NCBI GenBank assembly: GCA_951406725.2
Contig: OX597823.1
Coordinates: 61,814,001-61,878,000 of the forward strand
Reading direction: 5' to 3'
From: Octopus vulgaris
Lineage: Eukaryota
DNA length: 64,000 nucleotides
Part shown: positions 1-12,810 of the stretch, piece by piece
Position numbering within the stretch: the first letter of the stretch is position 1
Layout of the letters: each line of letters starts with the position of its first letter
The notes under the pieces: generated by a model
The model's database searches: none
What the model was told of the DNA's origin: nothing
Seen by the model: the letters and a program-made list of their open reading frames with translations, nothing else
Translations under genes and position numbers: made by a program

Positions 1-400
1 TAATTTTATTTCATTCCTGATTTACACTGTGTTGTATATAAAATAGATGTATTTATCTTAATAACTATCAAAAGCACAGATGTGCATCATCAGGCTAATT
101 CATTATGACTGTTTTATACAGCAGCTGACCTATGATATAGATTATGGAAATAAGTTAACTTCATTTTCTCTGAAGAGCAGTCAACAAACCTTGAAACAGT
201 CCATCGAAAAACTCCCTTACTTTATTTTTCCCATATCAGTAGCATAAAAAGAATGAGTTTACATTCTTATTTAACACACAATGAGGCTTTGTAATGTTTA
301 GATTTATTTCAGTTCTCCTGATTTATGGTATGTTGGGCATAGAATATAAATGTATTTATACATATAGACATAAGTGTGTATACACACGCACACACACACA

Positions 401-460
<60 letters not shown>

Positions 461-545
461 CACACCAGCAGAAGGACCTGGTTTCACTCAGGTTATACTC
501 ATAGTTTTAACACAGTACTCTTTGCTTGTAGTGTAATTTGGTTAT

Positions 546-1054
546 GTAAATATTTTATAAAAGACCTGTTCGCACCTCAGTGAGAAATAATTTTTTTCTA
601 TGAGTTTTTCCAAGTGCATGCAACGTATCTTACCTCTAAGCCTGACAAAGTCACATTTTTTCAGAAAAGAAAGTGGGGAGGAGTGGTGGGAACCTTTGAG
701 TTTCCCACCAATGGAGTTTTGTGCTGCAGGTTTTGGTTATTCTTTTCAAAGTCATTTCACATACTTTCAATGAATGTGACATCTAAATAACATGTAAACG
801 GCTTCTTTCCCCAGAAAAGGTCAGATTTGCCTGCTATTTCTAGCATGCGCTACTACCATGCAACAGCTTTTTGTGATAAAGGACCCACTGATATTTCACT
901 GTGAAATAATTTTTTGACACCTACCCCGCTTTCTTTTCTGACAAAATGGCTTGCGGCAAGTTTGGAGGTTAGATATGTTAAATGTACTCATAAAACCTGT
1001 GGAAAAACTTTATTTCACACCAAGGTATGAACAGATCCTTTACAAAATATTTAA
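546..1054. mobile_element. Degenerate MITE-like element with ~140-bp imperfect terminal inverted repeats
   Basis: The left end AAATATTTTATAAAAGACCTGTTCGCACCTCAGTGAGAAATAA is the imperfect reverse complement of the right end TTATTTCACACCAAGGTATGAACAGATCCTTTACAAAATATTT. Similarity continues inward (TCAGAAAAGAAAGTGGGG vs CCCCGCTTTCTTTTCTGA). No ORF. Confidence 0.6.
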
Positions 1055-1684
1055 CCATGATTATTTATTGATACACAATTACACCAGTAGAGAAGATTGC
1101 AAACAATGAAAGTAGCTGTAAAAAATATTTTGGTACCGGAAATCATTACAGCATTGTTATTTACCGATACACAAATACACCAGTACATCGTTTTTGTTTG
1201 ACCCTTCAGCCTTTCTGACATTTTGTTTATGAGCTGGTGTACACAAATACACTGGCAAAGAAGATTGTAAACAAGGGAAGTAGCTGTAATAATTTTTTGG
1301 TGCCGGACATCATTACAATGGTAAATGCTAGATAGAATAGTTGACAGAAGAACAAGAGAAAGATAGAGATGTGACATCATCATCGTTGTGGTATAAAATG
1401 TCCTTTACAATCTCATATGTAACAAATGTGCAAACACATACACATCCACATACACATACACACTCATATACAAAATGTGACATCATCGTCGTTATGGTAT
1501 AAGATGTCCTTTACTATAGTTGAAAATAGAAAGGTTATTTTCAAGCAAATATTATATTGTTTCAATCCAAATGAACATAAAAATTACAGGTTGATCCTCG
1601 TGGGTGTGTAATACTATTACCTTGTAAAATTGGGTTTGATTTGGTGGAGCCATTTGAGAATGCATAGGGAACAGACAAAGAATT

Positions 1685-2747
1685 TTATATAGAGAGATAC
1701 ATACATACATGCATATATACATATATGCATATGTATACATGAATACATACATACACACATATACATATACATATACATATATATATATATATACACACAC
1801 ACATATATATGTACATACATATATATATATATACATATATACATATATCTGTTTGTGTGTGTGTGTGTGTATGCATGTAGGTATATAAATTCCTGTGCTA
1901 ATTTTAAGGTATGTCTATGTATCCATGTGACCTACACATACATATAAGTATCTATGTATATACATATATATGCATGCATGTATATGCATACATGTATGTA
2001 CGTAAGTATGCATATATATATATATGTGTATAATATATACACACACACAGATATATATATATATGCATATATATTACAGTAATTTTATTTATATACAACT
2101 GTATATACACACACACGTATTTATGGTATATGTATATGTGGTGTGTATGTATGTATGTATGTATGCATGCATGCTTGTATGCATGCTTGTATGCATGCAT
2201 GCTTGTATGTATGTGTGTATGTATGTATGTATATATGTTCATATGTCTGTATGCATGTAACCTGTTGTACAAGAGGGGGGACGTATGGCTAACATCTAAC
2301 AACCAGAATCTATCATTAACTATAATCTCACAGACTCCCAGTTAAAGAAAGGAACTTAGATATTGATTTGGAAAGGAAATTATTCTTGTATTTATTTAAT
2401 GTGTTGTTAGAGAAACATCCTTCAGTCAGAAAAATCTATCATTAGTATAATTTCAAATATTTATTGGATGCTGTTGCTCTGTTCTTCATCGTATTCCGTT
2501 ATCTACACTTCTTTCAAGTTCTTTCATGTTATATTTATTCATTTACCTATTCTCTTAGTCCAGTTTACTCTATGACAGTTTGGTTTACATATGTATTGGT
2601 GCCTATATGCATGTGCGTATGTGTACAGATATATATTGATATATACATATATATGTATGTGTATATATGTGTGTGTGTGTGTGTGTGCTTATGCACACAT
2701 ACTCATGTAAAATTCATAAATATTTATAATCATATATCTACATGTCA

Positions 2748-2786
<39 letters not shown>

Positions 2787-3175
2787 TATATGTGCATATG
2801 TAGGTGTATGTTTAACTGCAAAATATAATTATTTATCTATCTCCCTAATGTCTTCAAAATTAAAATTCTTGTATTCTTATCGCGATAAAAATATATGTGA
2901 ATATTCTTATACATATATATATATATGTATATACATACACACACATACATACATATATATAAGTATCTATGTATATACATATATATGCATGCATGTGTAT
3001 GCATACATGTATGTACATAAGTATGCATATATATATATATATATGTATGTATAATATATACACACACACATATATATATATATATATGCATATATATTAC
3101 AGTAATCTTATTTATATACAACGGTATCTTTTAAAGAACATGTATGTGTGTATGTGTGCATATATATATATATTT
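1685..3175. repeat. Compound (TA)n/(CA)n/(TACA)n microsatellite region containing a ~170-bp local direct duplication (1945-2100 vs 2960-3120)
   Basis: Simple repeats are directly visible. The block ...AAGTATCTATGTATATACAT...TATATTACAGTAAT(T/C)TTATTTATATACAAC occurs twice. Confidence 0.8.
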
Positions 3176-4133
3176 ATAAAACTGTCTTTTAAAGAATCTA
3201 AGATCCTCCAAGGACTGTATAAATACCAAAAGCAGGATATTTTATCATGACCACATTTTACAAAGTACTTCTTAGAAGGAATTAACTATAAACCACCAGA
3301 CAGTCAGTAACTCATTCCAGTGTTAGTTATGATGTTTTCAACTTTCGTGAAAGACTGTCTCTGGTTGCTATACAGCTAATAAGCTCCTTTTGATCAACCT
3401 CTGTTTTTTCGAAGTCGCATGCTCATTCAGACTTCAATTACATTAAACACAATTACTAGACTATCTTGTTGACTACACCAGCTTGAAAAAGGAGAAATGA
3501 ATTTAACATTTTGACCAAGTAACCAAGTAACTGAATATCACATGACTTTTTCTGTGTATCTTATTATATCAATCTTTATTTGGATATACTTTAAGAATTT
3601 CATAATACTGTGGTATTCATCTTGAGAAAGCATCTTGTATAAACATATAGAACTAAAAACCACAGAAATATCAGTAGTGAACAAGTAATGTTCAGTACTA
3701 GCCCAGCAGTGGATCCCCCAGATCATGGGATTTCTTCATGTTTGCGCTTCTTCAGTAGCAAGTATTCAGTAAAACCATATGCTAGCCAAACTTTGTTTAT
3801 ATTAACATATAGAAAAACAGTGACTGATTAATCGCAAGTAGCTAGTAGCATAGTTAAAAATTAGTTATATGACAAAGAAGTATTAGTATTAAATAACAAT
3901 CTTTATGCTGTAATTAAAGTGGATGTACTTTAATAAGGCCATAATACTGAAGTACTTATCCTGAGAAAATATATATATGCACAGTGCTAAAAAGCACAGA
4001 AATATTAGCAATGGACAAGTAGAACTGCATGATCATGTGATTTCTACATCTTTGCACTTCATCATATATCCTCTATCACCATATGCAAGCAAAACTTCAT
4101 CTGTACTGGTATATATATATATATATATATATA

Positions 4134-5764
4134 CAGTTGCGGCCAAAATGTTCAGAATGGCATTGTTTTCGTCAAAAAAGTAGGTATAAGTTTTTATCAA
4201 AGTTGTTTAATTTTCTATAATTTTCACAGACAATAAATACGATATTATTTGTTATTGTCTGAGATTTTGGTGTAATTTGAGAGGATAATAAAAAAGTTAT
4301 GGATGATATAGTGATTTACTGCAAAACCCATGGCGGCCAAAATGATCAGAACAGTTCCTTTTACTCCATGTTTTAGTATATTTAACCGTCGAACTCTAAT
4401 GTTTTGAATTTGTTTACGTGACAGTTCGTTTACTAAACATTAGTAAGAATATCTGCAGTGTACTTTGTTAATATAATGCCACTTACTCCGTTACCAATTC
4501 GTCAGCAGATTATTAAGCTTCGAAAGAAGGATAATTTAAGTATTTGGTCTATTGCAAAGATTGTTAACAAGTCAAAAAGTGTTGTTCACGGTATTCTTAA
4601 GGTCTACGATGATTGTGGTTCGTGTGAAGCAAAAAAGTCTACAGGTAGGCCAAGAAAAACGACCAAGAGAGAAGATCGTGCTATGGTAAAGTTGGTTAAA
4701 AAGGACAGATTTAAAACTGCTGCTGCTGTTTTTCGGGAAATGAGCATTGTACTGAAGAAAACTTTATCTCCAAAAACTGTGTCTCGTCCTTTAGTTGAAC
4801 ATGACCTACAAGCAAGAGCACCTGCAGTGAAGCCACTGATCAGCTCCAAGAATAAAAAGTGTCGTCTTACCTTTGCAACCGAACATGTGTTGTGGTCTCA
4901 AGAAAAATGGCAAACAGTGCATTTCAGTGATGAATCTAAGTCTATGTTATTTGGCTCAGATGGGAAAAGGTAAGTTCGTCGAAAAGCAGGTGAAAAATTG
5001 TCACCTAAATGCCTTAAGACTAGTGTTAAATTCGGTGGAGGAAGTGTCATGGTTTGGGGGAATGATATCTGGAGATGTTGTGGGCCCTTTGCTGCAATTA
5101 CATGGAAAGGTAAATGCAGGAGTTTATAAACAACTTGTAAAAGATCATGTCTCGCCTGTGCTGAGAAATTCAACTAAGCGACCACCCATATTCATGCAGG
5201 ACAATGCCCCATGTCACAAGGCTAAGGTGGTCATGAACTTCCTCAAGGCTGAAAAGGTTATTGTTATGGATTGGCCTGCTCAAAGCCCAGACCTCAATCC
5301 TATTGAAAATGTGTGGAATATTCTAGGAGAACGTTTGAAAGCCAGAAATCCTAAAACAACCGAGCAATTATGGAATGCCCTTCAGGAATAATGGAATAAG
5401 ATCACCCAGCAAGAAATTGAAAATTTTATTTCCCCATGCAGTTGAAAATGTCAAACTTTGATTGAAGCTAAAGGGCTTCACACTAAATATGAAATAATTC
5501 CAGCATTCTCTGTCACTTTTTGATTATTTTGTTATTTTTTCAACCGTTCTGATCATTTTGGCCACCATGGGTTTTGCAGTAAATCACTATATCATCCATA
5601 ACTTTTGTATTATCCATTCAAATTACACCAAAATCTCAAACAATACCAATTAATATTGTATTTATTGTCTGTGAAAATTATAGAATATAAAACAACTTTA
5701 ATAAAAACTTATACCTACATTTTTGACAAAAACAATGCCGTTCTGAAAATTTTGGCCACAACTG
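4134..5764 (+). mobile_element. Near-full-length Tc1-family DNA transposon of IR/DR type (~220-bp TIRs), flanked by TA
   Basis: Ends are TA|CAGTTG...CAACTG|TA. TIRs lie at ~4134-4356 and ~5542-5764. Each TIR carries an outer and inner direct repeat, GGCCAAAATG(T/A)TCAGAA. The element encloses a transposase pseudogene. Confidence 0.95.
4476..5490 (+). pseudogene. Tc1 DD34E-type transposase, disrupted
   Basis: N-terminal HTH and GRPRKTT motif, then VHFSDESK, FMQDNAPCH and WPAQSPDLNPIENVW. In-frame stop at 4971-4973, a frameshift near 5060 and further stops from 5389. Confidence 0.93.
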
Positions 5765-5889
5765 TATATATATAAGTAGGTTATAATGATTGCTTTTGCT
5801 TCTATCACTAATTGATTTTTATTCTGCCCACCAGCTACTTGTGATACCAGAAACTGACTAGTCACAGTTTATATATATATATAAATGTG

Positions 5890-6420
5890 TCTTTCTTCAC
5901 ACACTCTTAGCAATAACACACACACACACTCACACATGCACACACCACCACCACCACCACAACCATTACCATCAGTTCACACCATCCTAATCTACATCAC
6001 TATTTTTCCATACTTGTATATTCATACACCCACAAAAAGCCACACACATGCACCACTTCTCATCTCATCTCCTAACATGGGCACATTCCTCTACTTGCAC
6101 ATACACACCTTCCCCTGCCACCCTTCTTAACTTTCCACCCCACAGAAATGCATTCTCACCTGATTCTGACCCCTCACACTACTTTTGTCCTTTTCTTTTT
6201 GTTTCTTTTTAAATCTTCTCTCACTGGCTATTCCTCTTTCTCAATCTCACTATCCTTTTCTTCTGATGAAGGGCAAATGTCTGAAATGTTAAGGCTGTCG
6301 CTCTTTTCTTTCAAACCTTATGCTATGACAGTATTTGTTAAACCATATCCCTCTTCTCATGTGTTCATTTCTTTTAGCGCTCATTGCATTTCCTATGTGT
6401 ATATGTATATTCATATATAT
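5890..6420 (+). mobile_element. Probable 3' end (pLTR-like region) of a Penelope-like retroelement with a minimal hammerhead-like motif at 6263-6292
   Basis: A CA/CT-rich tract resembling the 3' part of the Penelope-like element at 33400-33960, followed by CTGATGA-A-GGGC-AAAT-GTCT-GAAA-TGTTAA and a T-rich tail running into (TA)n. Confidence 0.55.
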
Positions 6421-6429
6421 ATATAATAA

Positions 6430-6620
6430 TCCTGTTTTTGGCGGGTGGGGACTGATTGATTACATCAGCCCCAGTCTTTCACTGGTACTTAATTTATCAA
6501 CCCTGAAAGGATGAAAGGCAAAGTCAACCTCAACAGAATTCGAACTCAGAATGTAAGGACAGATGAAATGCCGCTAAGCATTTTGCCCAGCATGGTAATG
6601 ATTCTGCCAGCTTACCACCA
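6430..6620 (-). mobile_element. SINE family B (tRNA-like head plus Meta-domain-like core)
   Basis: Reverse complement of GAGTTCGAATTC...GACTTTGCCTTTCATCCTTTCAGGGTTGATAAATTAAGTACC, which is shared with about 14 copies in the window. Confidence 0.8.
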
Positions 6621-6971
6621 TCAGATATATATGTATATACAATAATATCAACAAAATAAAAAGCAGGGGAGCACAATAAACATGGCACGAGTAATGGAAA
6701 AAAAATCCAATGTTTTCGATAGAGTCCTTCTTCAAGAAAATATAGACAATTAAAGAGAGACCTTACAGCTTTACATCCTCACAGAGGCCTTAAGTTGGCC
6801 TGGAGCTTTAATAGAAAACACATGTCTAAAGTGCGAAATATTAGGACTGGACCTGAGATCGTATGATTGGAAAGCAAACATCTTAACCAAAAAAACACCC
6901 CCCCCCACACACACACACAGATATTTATTGTGTAGTATAGTTTTCATGAAGCATTGTCTGATATATATAAA

Positions 6972-7142
6972 TGTTTTAAATATTTTTTTAAAGCCAAAAC
7001 AATGCAAGTTATGAAAAATTAATAATACATGTCAATGTTTATTATTATTATCTAGTAACCTGGTAACTGTACTAATCGTCAACCTGCATTATTAATTTTT
7101 CATAACTTGCGTTAGTTTGGCTTTAGAAAAATATTTGAAACA
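6972..7142. repeat. Inverted repeat with ~60-bp arms (hairpin or small MITE)
   Basis: TGTTTTAAATATTTTTTTAAAGCCAAAACAATGCAAGTTATGAAAAATTAATAAT vs ATTATTAATTTTTCATAACTTGCGTTAGTTTGGCTTTAGAAAAATATTTGAAACA. Confidence 0.75.
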
Positions 7143-7197
7143 CTAATGAAGCACACACACACACACACATACACACACACACACACACATACACACA

Positions 7198-8308
7198 CAC
7201 AAGGTGCTTTCTAGAAGTTTTTAGACTTTTTTAAGAGAGGCAGTTATAACAGCCTAATTTTAGTATATCAATACTATGCATCTAATAACCTGACCTACCA
7301 ACTTCTGTTATTCCAGACTGAAGGTGAGAGCTGTGGCAGCAGCACTTTGAACACACCCTATTAACCACTACTTGTTACAGGCGACTAGTTTGCACAATGC
7401 CTTCGAGACATGAAGACAATCTGGAAGCTTATAACACAAACAACACACAGCAAGGAGAAAGAGACAAAAATGAAATAGCAGGTGTTAAAATTCTTTTTTC
7501 TAAAAACGTTGAAGGATGTTAACTGGAGTGTGGGGTTCGAGTAAAAGTCATTCCACCTTTACATTTATCATTACTATTCTTTTCATTCGATTTTATTTTT
7601 CCTCCACTTATGTGTTTTGTCTGTCCTTGTGTTGTCCCCTCTGTGGTTAACAAAAAAATCAAGTCATCAGGTATGTATATGTAATAAGGTTTTGTGTTAA
7701 ACTGGGTAAAAGCTCTATAGAAACTTATGAAATGCTCCAGACCGTTTATGGATTAACTTGTGTGAGTTGAGCATCTGTTTTCTACAGGCACAAGAGGCCA
7801 GGCAAAGCAAGAACGTCAGAAGGCTCATTACAATCTGCTTTTTAACAGGAAGGGCATCATCTCCATCCAGCGGGTTCCCTCTAGCTTGACAGTCAACAAA
7901 GAGTATTTTTTGGCGATTTGGAGAGAGTTTAAGAAGAGATTTATAGCAAAAGGCCAGAGCACTTGCACCAGGACAATGCACCAGTCCGCAATGCCATCCT
8001 GGTACCCAATCACTTAACAAAAATTGGCATCAAAACTATTCTTCACCCTTCCTGCAGTCCACATCTTGCTCCCTTTGTCTTTTGGTTGCTCCACAGGCTG
8101 AAGGAAAAGATTAAACAGGCTTTGACTGGACTCATGGACATCTTCAGATTTAAGGACTTCTATGAGGTCTTCACATAGTGGCTGGAGCACTATAACAAGT
8201 ACATTGAAATCAGAGCATCCTACTTTGAAGGAGATTAGAGTTTGGGGCTTCTTTGAAATTTATAAATGTTTCATGAAAAAGCTTCAAAACTTCTAAAATA
8301 CTCTTGTG
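7198..8308 (+). mobile_element. Decayed, internally deleted mariner element
   Basis: ORF 7963-8178 reads HQDNAPV...HPSCSPHLAPFVFWLLHRLK, matching the mariner HHDNAP / YSPDLAPCDFWLF motifs. Degenerate TIRs: CACAAGGTGCTTTCTAGAAGTTTT and AAAACTTCTAAAATACTCTTGTG. Confidence 0.75.
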
Positions 8309-8331
8309 TTTTATATATATATATGTGACAA

Positions 8332-8599
8332 TTAGTCAGTTGCCATAAAAAAACTCAGAGTTTCAGATGTTGGAGCAGAAGTCTGCTCTGGCATCTCGTC
8401 AGTTATTGAGACAAACAAATATGCATATTTGTTTTTCTTAATAACTGATGAGATGCCGAAGCAGACTTCCACCCCACCATCTGAAACTCTGAGTTTTATT
8501 ACGGCAACCGACAAGCATACTATATTATAGATAAATTCCTCTATTTATACAATATCGAAGTGTCTTTCATTCTTTTGTTGTCTTATTATTATCATTAAG

Positions 8600-8600
<1 letters not shown>
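8332..8600 (+). mobile_element. Fold-back hammerhead element, family A copy 1 (palindrome 8332-8514 plus 3' tail)
   Basis: ~90-bp inverted arms centred on ATGCAT (8421-8426). The tail 8530-8595 is the reverse complement of 57505-57580. Confidence 0.7.
8439..8501 (+). ncRNA. Predicted type I hammerhead ribozyme
   Basis: TAATAA-CTGATGA-GATG[loop]CATC-T-GAAAC-TCTGA-GTT-TTATTA. Core boxes CUGAUGA and GAAA are present. Stem I is TAATAA/TTATTA, stem II is GATG/CATC, stem III is the near-palindromic ACTC-T-GAGT, and the cleavage triplet is GUU. Confidence 0.55.
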
Positions 8601-8732
<132 letters not shown>

Positions 8733-8784
8733 TCTTTTTGGGAAATGTATATCTCAAAGTACACACATGAAGCTATAAATAATG

Positions 8785-9001
8785 GTTTCAAATTTTGGCA
8801 CAAGGCCAGCAATTTCGGGGGAGGGGCCTAGTCGATTATATTGACCCTCCAGTGCTCAACTGGTGCTTATTTTATCGATCCCAAGGGGATGAAAGACATA
8901 GTCAACCCCATCAGAATTTGAAGTCAGAACTTAGTGATGGGCAAAATATTGCTAAGCATTTTGCTCAACATACTAACAATTCTGCCAACTCGCTGCCTTC
9001 A
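8785..9001 (-). mobile_element. SINE family B copy
   Basis: Matches 13607-13838. A decayed TSD, AT(G/A)AAGC(T/C)A(T/C)AAATAAT, is present on both sides. Confidence 0.8.
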
Positions 9002-9193
9002 TAAAGCCACAAATAATAAGATGTAAATATTGGGTTGCAAATCCTTTTGGTTAAAAAAGGCTGAAGGATACCTGTTGACTTTTTCACCTCACTAAGTCAT
9101 TATTTATAGCTATAACTTTATGTGTATTCTTCAAGATATACTAGTTGTATGTATGTATGTATGTATGTATGTATGTATGTATGTATGTATAGT

Positions 9194-9527
9194 GAAGGTG
9201 CATGGCTCAGCGGTTAGAGCGTTGAGCTTATGATCGTGTGGTTGTGAGTTCAAATCCTGGACCAGGCTGCGTGTTGTGTTCTTGATCAAGACACTTTATT
9301 TCACATTGCTCCAGTTTACTCAGCTGTAGATATGAGTTGTGACATCACAGGTGCTAAGCTGTATCAGCCTTTGCCTTTCCCTTGGATGACACTAGTGGCA
9401 TGGAGAAGGGAGGCCGGTATGCATGGGTGACTGCTGGTCTTCCATAAACAACCTTGCCCGGACTTGTGCCTGGGAGGGTAACTTTCTAGGTGCAATCCCA
9501 CAGTCAGTCATGACCGAAGGGGGTTTC
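9194..9527 (+). mobile_element. SINE family C (tRNA head plus CORE-like domain)
   Basis: A box TGGCTCAGCGG and B box GAGTTCAAATCC, followed by GTGTTCTTGATCAAGACACTTTATTTCACATTGCTCCAGTTTACTCAGCTGTA. Related heads at 40987, 62061 and 14385-14668 (minus). Confidence 0.8.
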
Positions 9528-10481
9528 AATGTATGTATGTATGTATCTTTGTGTGTGCATGTGTATGTGTGCGTGTGTGCGTGTGTGTGTGTGTGTGTGT
9601 GTGAGTGTGTATACGTATATATGCATGCATATATTTATGCATATACACATATGTAATGTATTGTGTGTGCATAAACAAATAACCAATTACTTTAAAGCTC
9701 AATATAACATATTATATTCCAGATCTACAACTGTGGTTGCATTGCAATTGTATTCGGTTGCATCTGTTGTATAGGCTGCAATACACTAACAGAACAAAAT
9801 ATTTATTAGCAAAAATGCAACAGGCAAACAACATCAGTCATATTTCAAACGGTTCATTTCCTCCAATTTTCATTTTAGTAATACAATATTGTTATGTCTA
9901 TGTGCATTGTTTGCATCATTTCTCCAGGGAATTTGAAGCAGAATGAGATACAATGAACAGATTAGGTGCAGGATTATATAACAAAGAATAAAGGTCAGTG
10001 GGTCAAGCCAGAAATTTTTGACAAGATATAAAGCACTTAATCACTTATGAGGGGGTTTAATGGTTTTAAAGATATTATCAAGGAACAGAAAGAGTTACAA
10101 GAATAATGATGAGAGTAACCAGGAAAATGAAATGTGAAAAGATGTCAATTATTTATATTAACCACAAACTGTATATGCATATGAATAAAGACAGCAAATA
10201 CAGGTAAAACAACATGCACACATTAGTTATTAGAGAGGGAAACAGTACTAATATTGAACAGCAATCATTATGTTCTACTTAATGTGGATATACTTTAAGA
10301 CTGCCATATCGCTATGGCAAAAGTTTTTGGAAAGCATCTCATATATGGAATATAGACATATGTTCTATCTACCAAATTCTTTTCTGAAAGCATTGTTACT
10401 CAGGTGCAGGTCATATTCTATAGCCTCAGTTTAATCAATACCCTGTGAGTAGCATTTGGCAAATGAACTGTGATGTAGATG

Positions 10482-10914
10482 TGTAACAGGATGAGAGGTC
10501 TCCGCACTTGAAGGGTGCAGCTCACATCCTTTACATTAAATATCAATCGAAGGAAAGATTCAAGACTTCCAATTAACTTCAACAGTTTAAATATTTATTT
10601 CTTGATTCGCAATATATACATTATTTCTTTCTGGGCGAATCGGCAGCCTAGGAGCTTATTGCAGTAGTCAAGTGGAGTGAGCCAAATCCTGCCCATTCAA
10701 GCATAGCAGAGATATGCCACGAGGTGGCAGCTTGAGAGAGCTGCTAAAACACGTCTGTCTTGTTCAGCTGCTGACATTCAAGAAAATAATATGAGAGAAT
10801 TTCGCTGCTGCTAGTTTTCTGCGCATGCACATGAGGGAACTTCCGATAGGCCCACCCCGGAAGAATCCAACTCTGTACATGTGTGCTGGAGATTTCCATG
10901 ATGGCATCACTACA
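10482..10914 (-). mobile_element. Possible solo LTR
   Basis: TGTAACA...CACTACA termini, a higher-complexity interior, AATAAA on the minus strand near 10595, and a TTCTGCGCATGC motif shared with the solo LTR at 50434. No matching TSD found. Confidence 0.4.
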
Positions 10915-11784
10915 TGCACATGAGAGTGTATTTGTTTACATCGATGTAAAAGAATGTGATAAGTTGCTTCCTTGAGACTAAAAGGTAACTTAGTCATTCA
11001 ATAATTGAAGGTCAATGAAATAAGTATCAGGATTGATGTAATCACTAAAAAATACAGTGGTCGAAAGCAGTGCTCCAGTATGGCCACAACCCAATGAAAT
11101 GTGTGAAGCTTGACTGATACTTACTTTTAGCAACCCAAGAAAAATGAAGAACCGAATTAACCTTGATGGGATTTGAATTCAGAAAACAAAGTAAAAAAAT
11201 AATAAATAGGATACTTTAATCTACCATTTCTGATCATTAACCGTTAATTGATATGAGATTATAAAAATCAATGCAATTAGCATGTGACAGAATTTAGAAG
11301 AAAATGTATTTATATAGTGGAATACGGAAGAGAACCGAAATAGGAAATTGATTATCAATATTGTGATCAATATCAGATCAGTAATTGGCTACAAAAAGTC
11401 AGTTAAAAATGAGTATTATATCAACTACTGCCTTCAAATTCTTTTCATCTCAGTTATATAAAATTGATTTTATTTACCCATTTAATCCTCATAACTGACT
11501 CTGAGAGACATGTTATTGCCGATGAATGAAATTCAACTGGAACTAGTTGACATGTCAGCATAAACTGTGGATGTTTATGACAATTTTATTGGTCAATGTT
11601 TGCTATTTCTCATGTTTATATTTATTTATTTCAAAATACCAGAGTGAACATGGCTCTGATCATGATAATTTTCAGCAGAAATAGCATTTCTGGTCACTTA
11701 TCAAATGTTTATCCCAAATATTTGTTATTTCTAATATATTATTTTACCAAGTGTTTCTTAATGTTATTATTTTAATTTATTAAA

Positions 11785-12810
11785 GCAGAATCATTAGCAA
11801 CACCAAACAAAATACTTAGCGGTATTTCATCTGTCTTTACGCTCTGAGTTCAAATTCTGCCAAGTTCAACTTTGCCTTTCATCCTTTCAGGGGTCAATAA
11901 AATAAGTACCAGTTATGTACTGGGGTTGATGTAATTGACATAGCAGAAAGGATTATTTTAATTCATGTTAAGGCAGAATCATTAGTATGCCAGGTAAAGT
12001 TCTTGGTGGCATTTTGTCCATCTTTACATTCTGTGTTAAAATTCCACCAAGGTCAACCTTACCTTTCGTTCTTTCAAGGTCAATAAAATAAGTATCAATT
12101 AAGCACGGGTCAATATAATCAACTATACCTCTCCCTACACATTTCAGGTCTTGTGCCCATAGCAGAAAGTATTATTCTAATTCATATTAAGGTGGCTAGC
12201 TGACAGAATTGTTAATATGTGGGGCAAGATACTTGGTAGCACTTCTTCCAGCTTTACATTCTGAGTAAAAGTTCCCCCAAGGTCAACTTTGCCTTTCATC
12301 CTTTCATTATCATCATCATCATCATCATCATTTTAACATCCATTGTCCATACTGGCATGAGTTGGACGTTTTGAATGGGCTGGAACACTGAAAGGTTGCA
12401 TCAGGCTCCAGTCTGATTTGGCATAGTTTTCTACATCTGGATGCCCTTCCTAATGCCAACCACTCCAAGGGTGTAATGGGTGTTTTTACATGCCACCAGC
12501 ATGGTTGCCATTTTCATGACATCGGTATCTGTCACGACTGTGATTATGCTCAGCTAGATGGGTCTTCTTCTCAAGCATGACATAATGCCAAAGGTCTTGG
12601 TCATTGCCTCTGTGAGGCCCAACACTCGAAAAGAACTTGGTCACTTTGCCCTCACAGGACCCAACACTCAAAAGGAACTCAGCTACCTGACCTCCGTGAG
12701 GCCCAACACCTGAAAGGGTTGATAAAATAAGTACCAGTCATGTACTGAGGTTGATGAAATCAACTTACACCCCCCTAAAACTTCAGGCCTTGTGCTTATG
12801 GTAGGAAGCA
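11785..12810 (+). mobile_element. Head-to-tail array of three SINE family B units, the third interrupted by a LINE-tail insertion
   Basis: Three repeats of CAGAAT...GAGTTCAAATTC...CAACTTTGCCTTTCATCCTTTC...ATAAAATAAGTACC. The third unit breaks at ~12306 and resumes at ~12717. Confidence 0.8.
12308..12715 (-). mobile_element. RTE-LINE 3' end / V-domain repeat (family D) with (GAT)n tail
   Basis: The minus strand encodes an LGLTEAMT..DLW.Y.MLEK-like C-terminus, then GGTTGGCATTAGGAAGGGCATCCAG and a (GAT)n tail. Confidence 0.7.

Noticed and set aside
294-3250. Many ORFs rich in YI/HT/CV dipeptides, here and throughout the window
   Set aside because: They are translations of (TA)n, (CA)n, (TACA)n and (GATA)n microsatellites, which lack stops in several frames.
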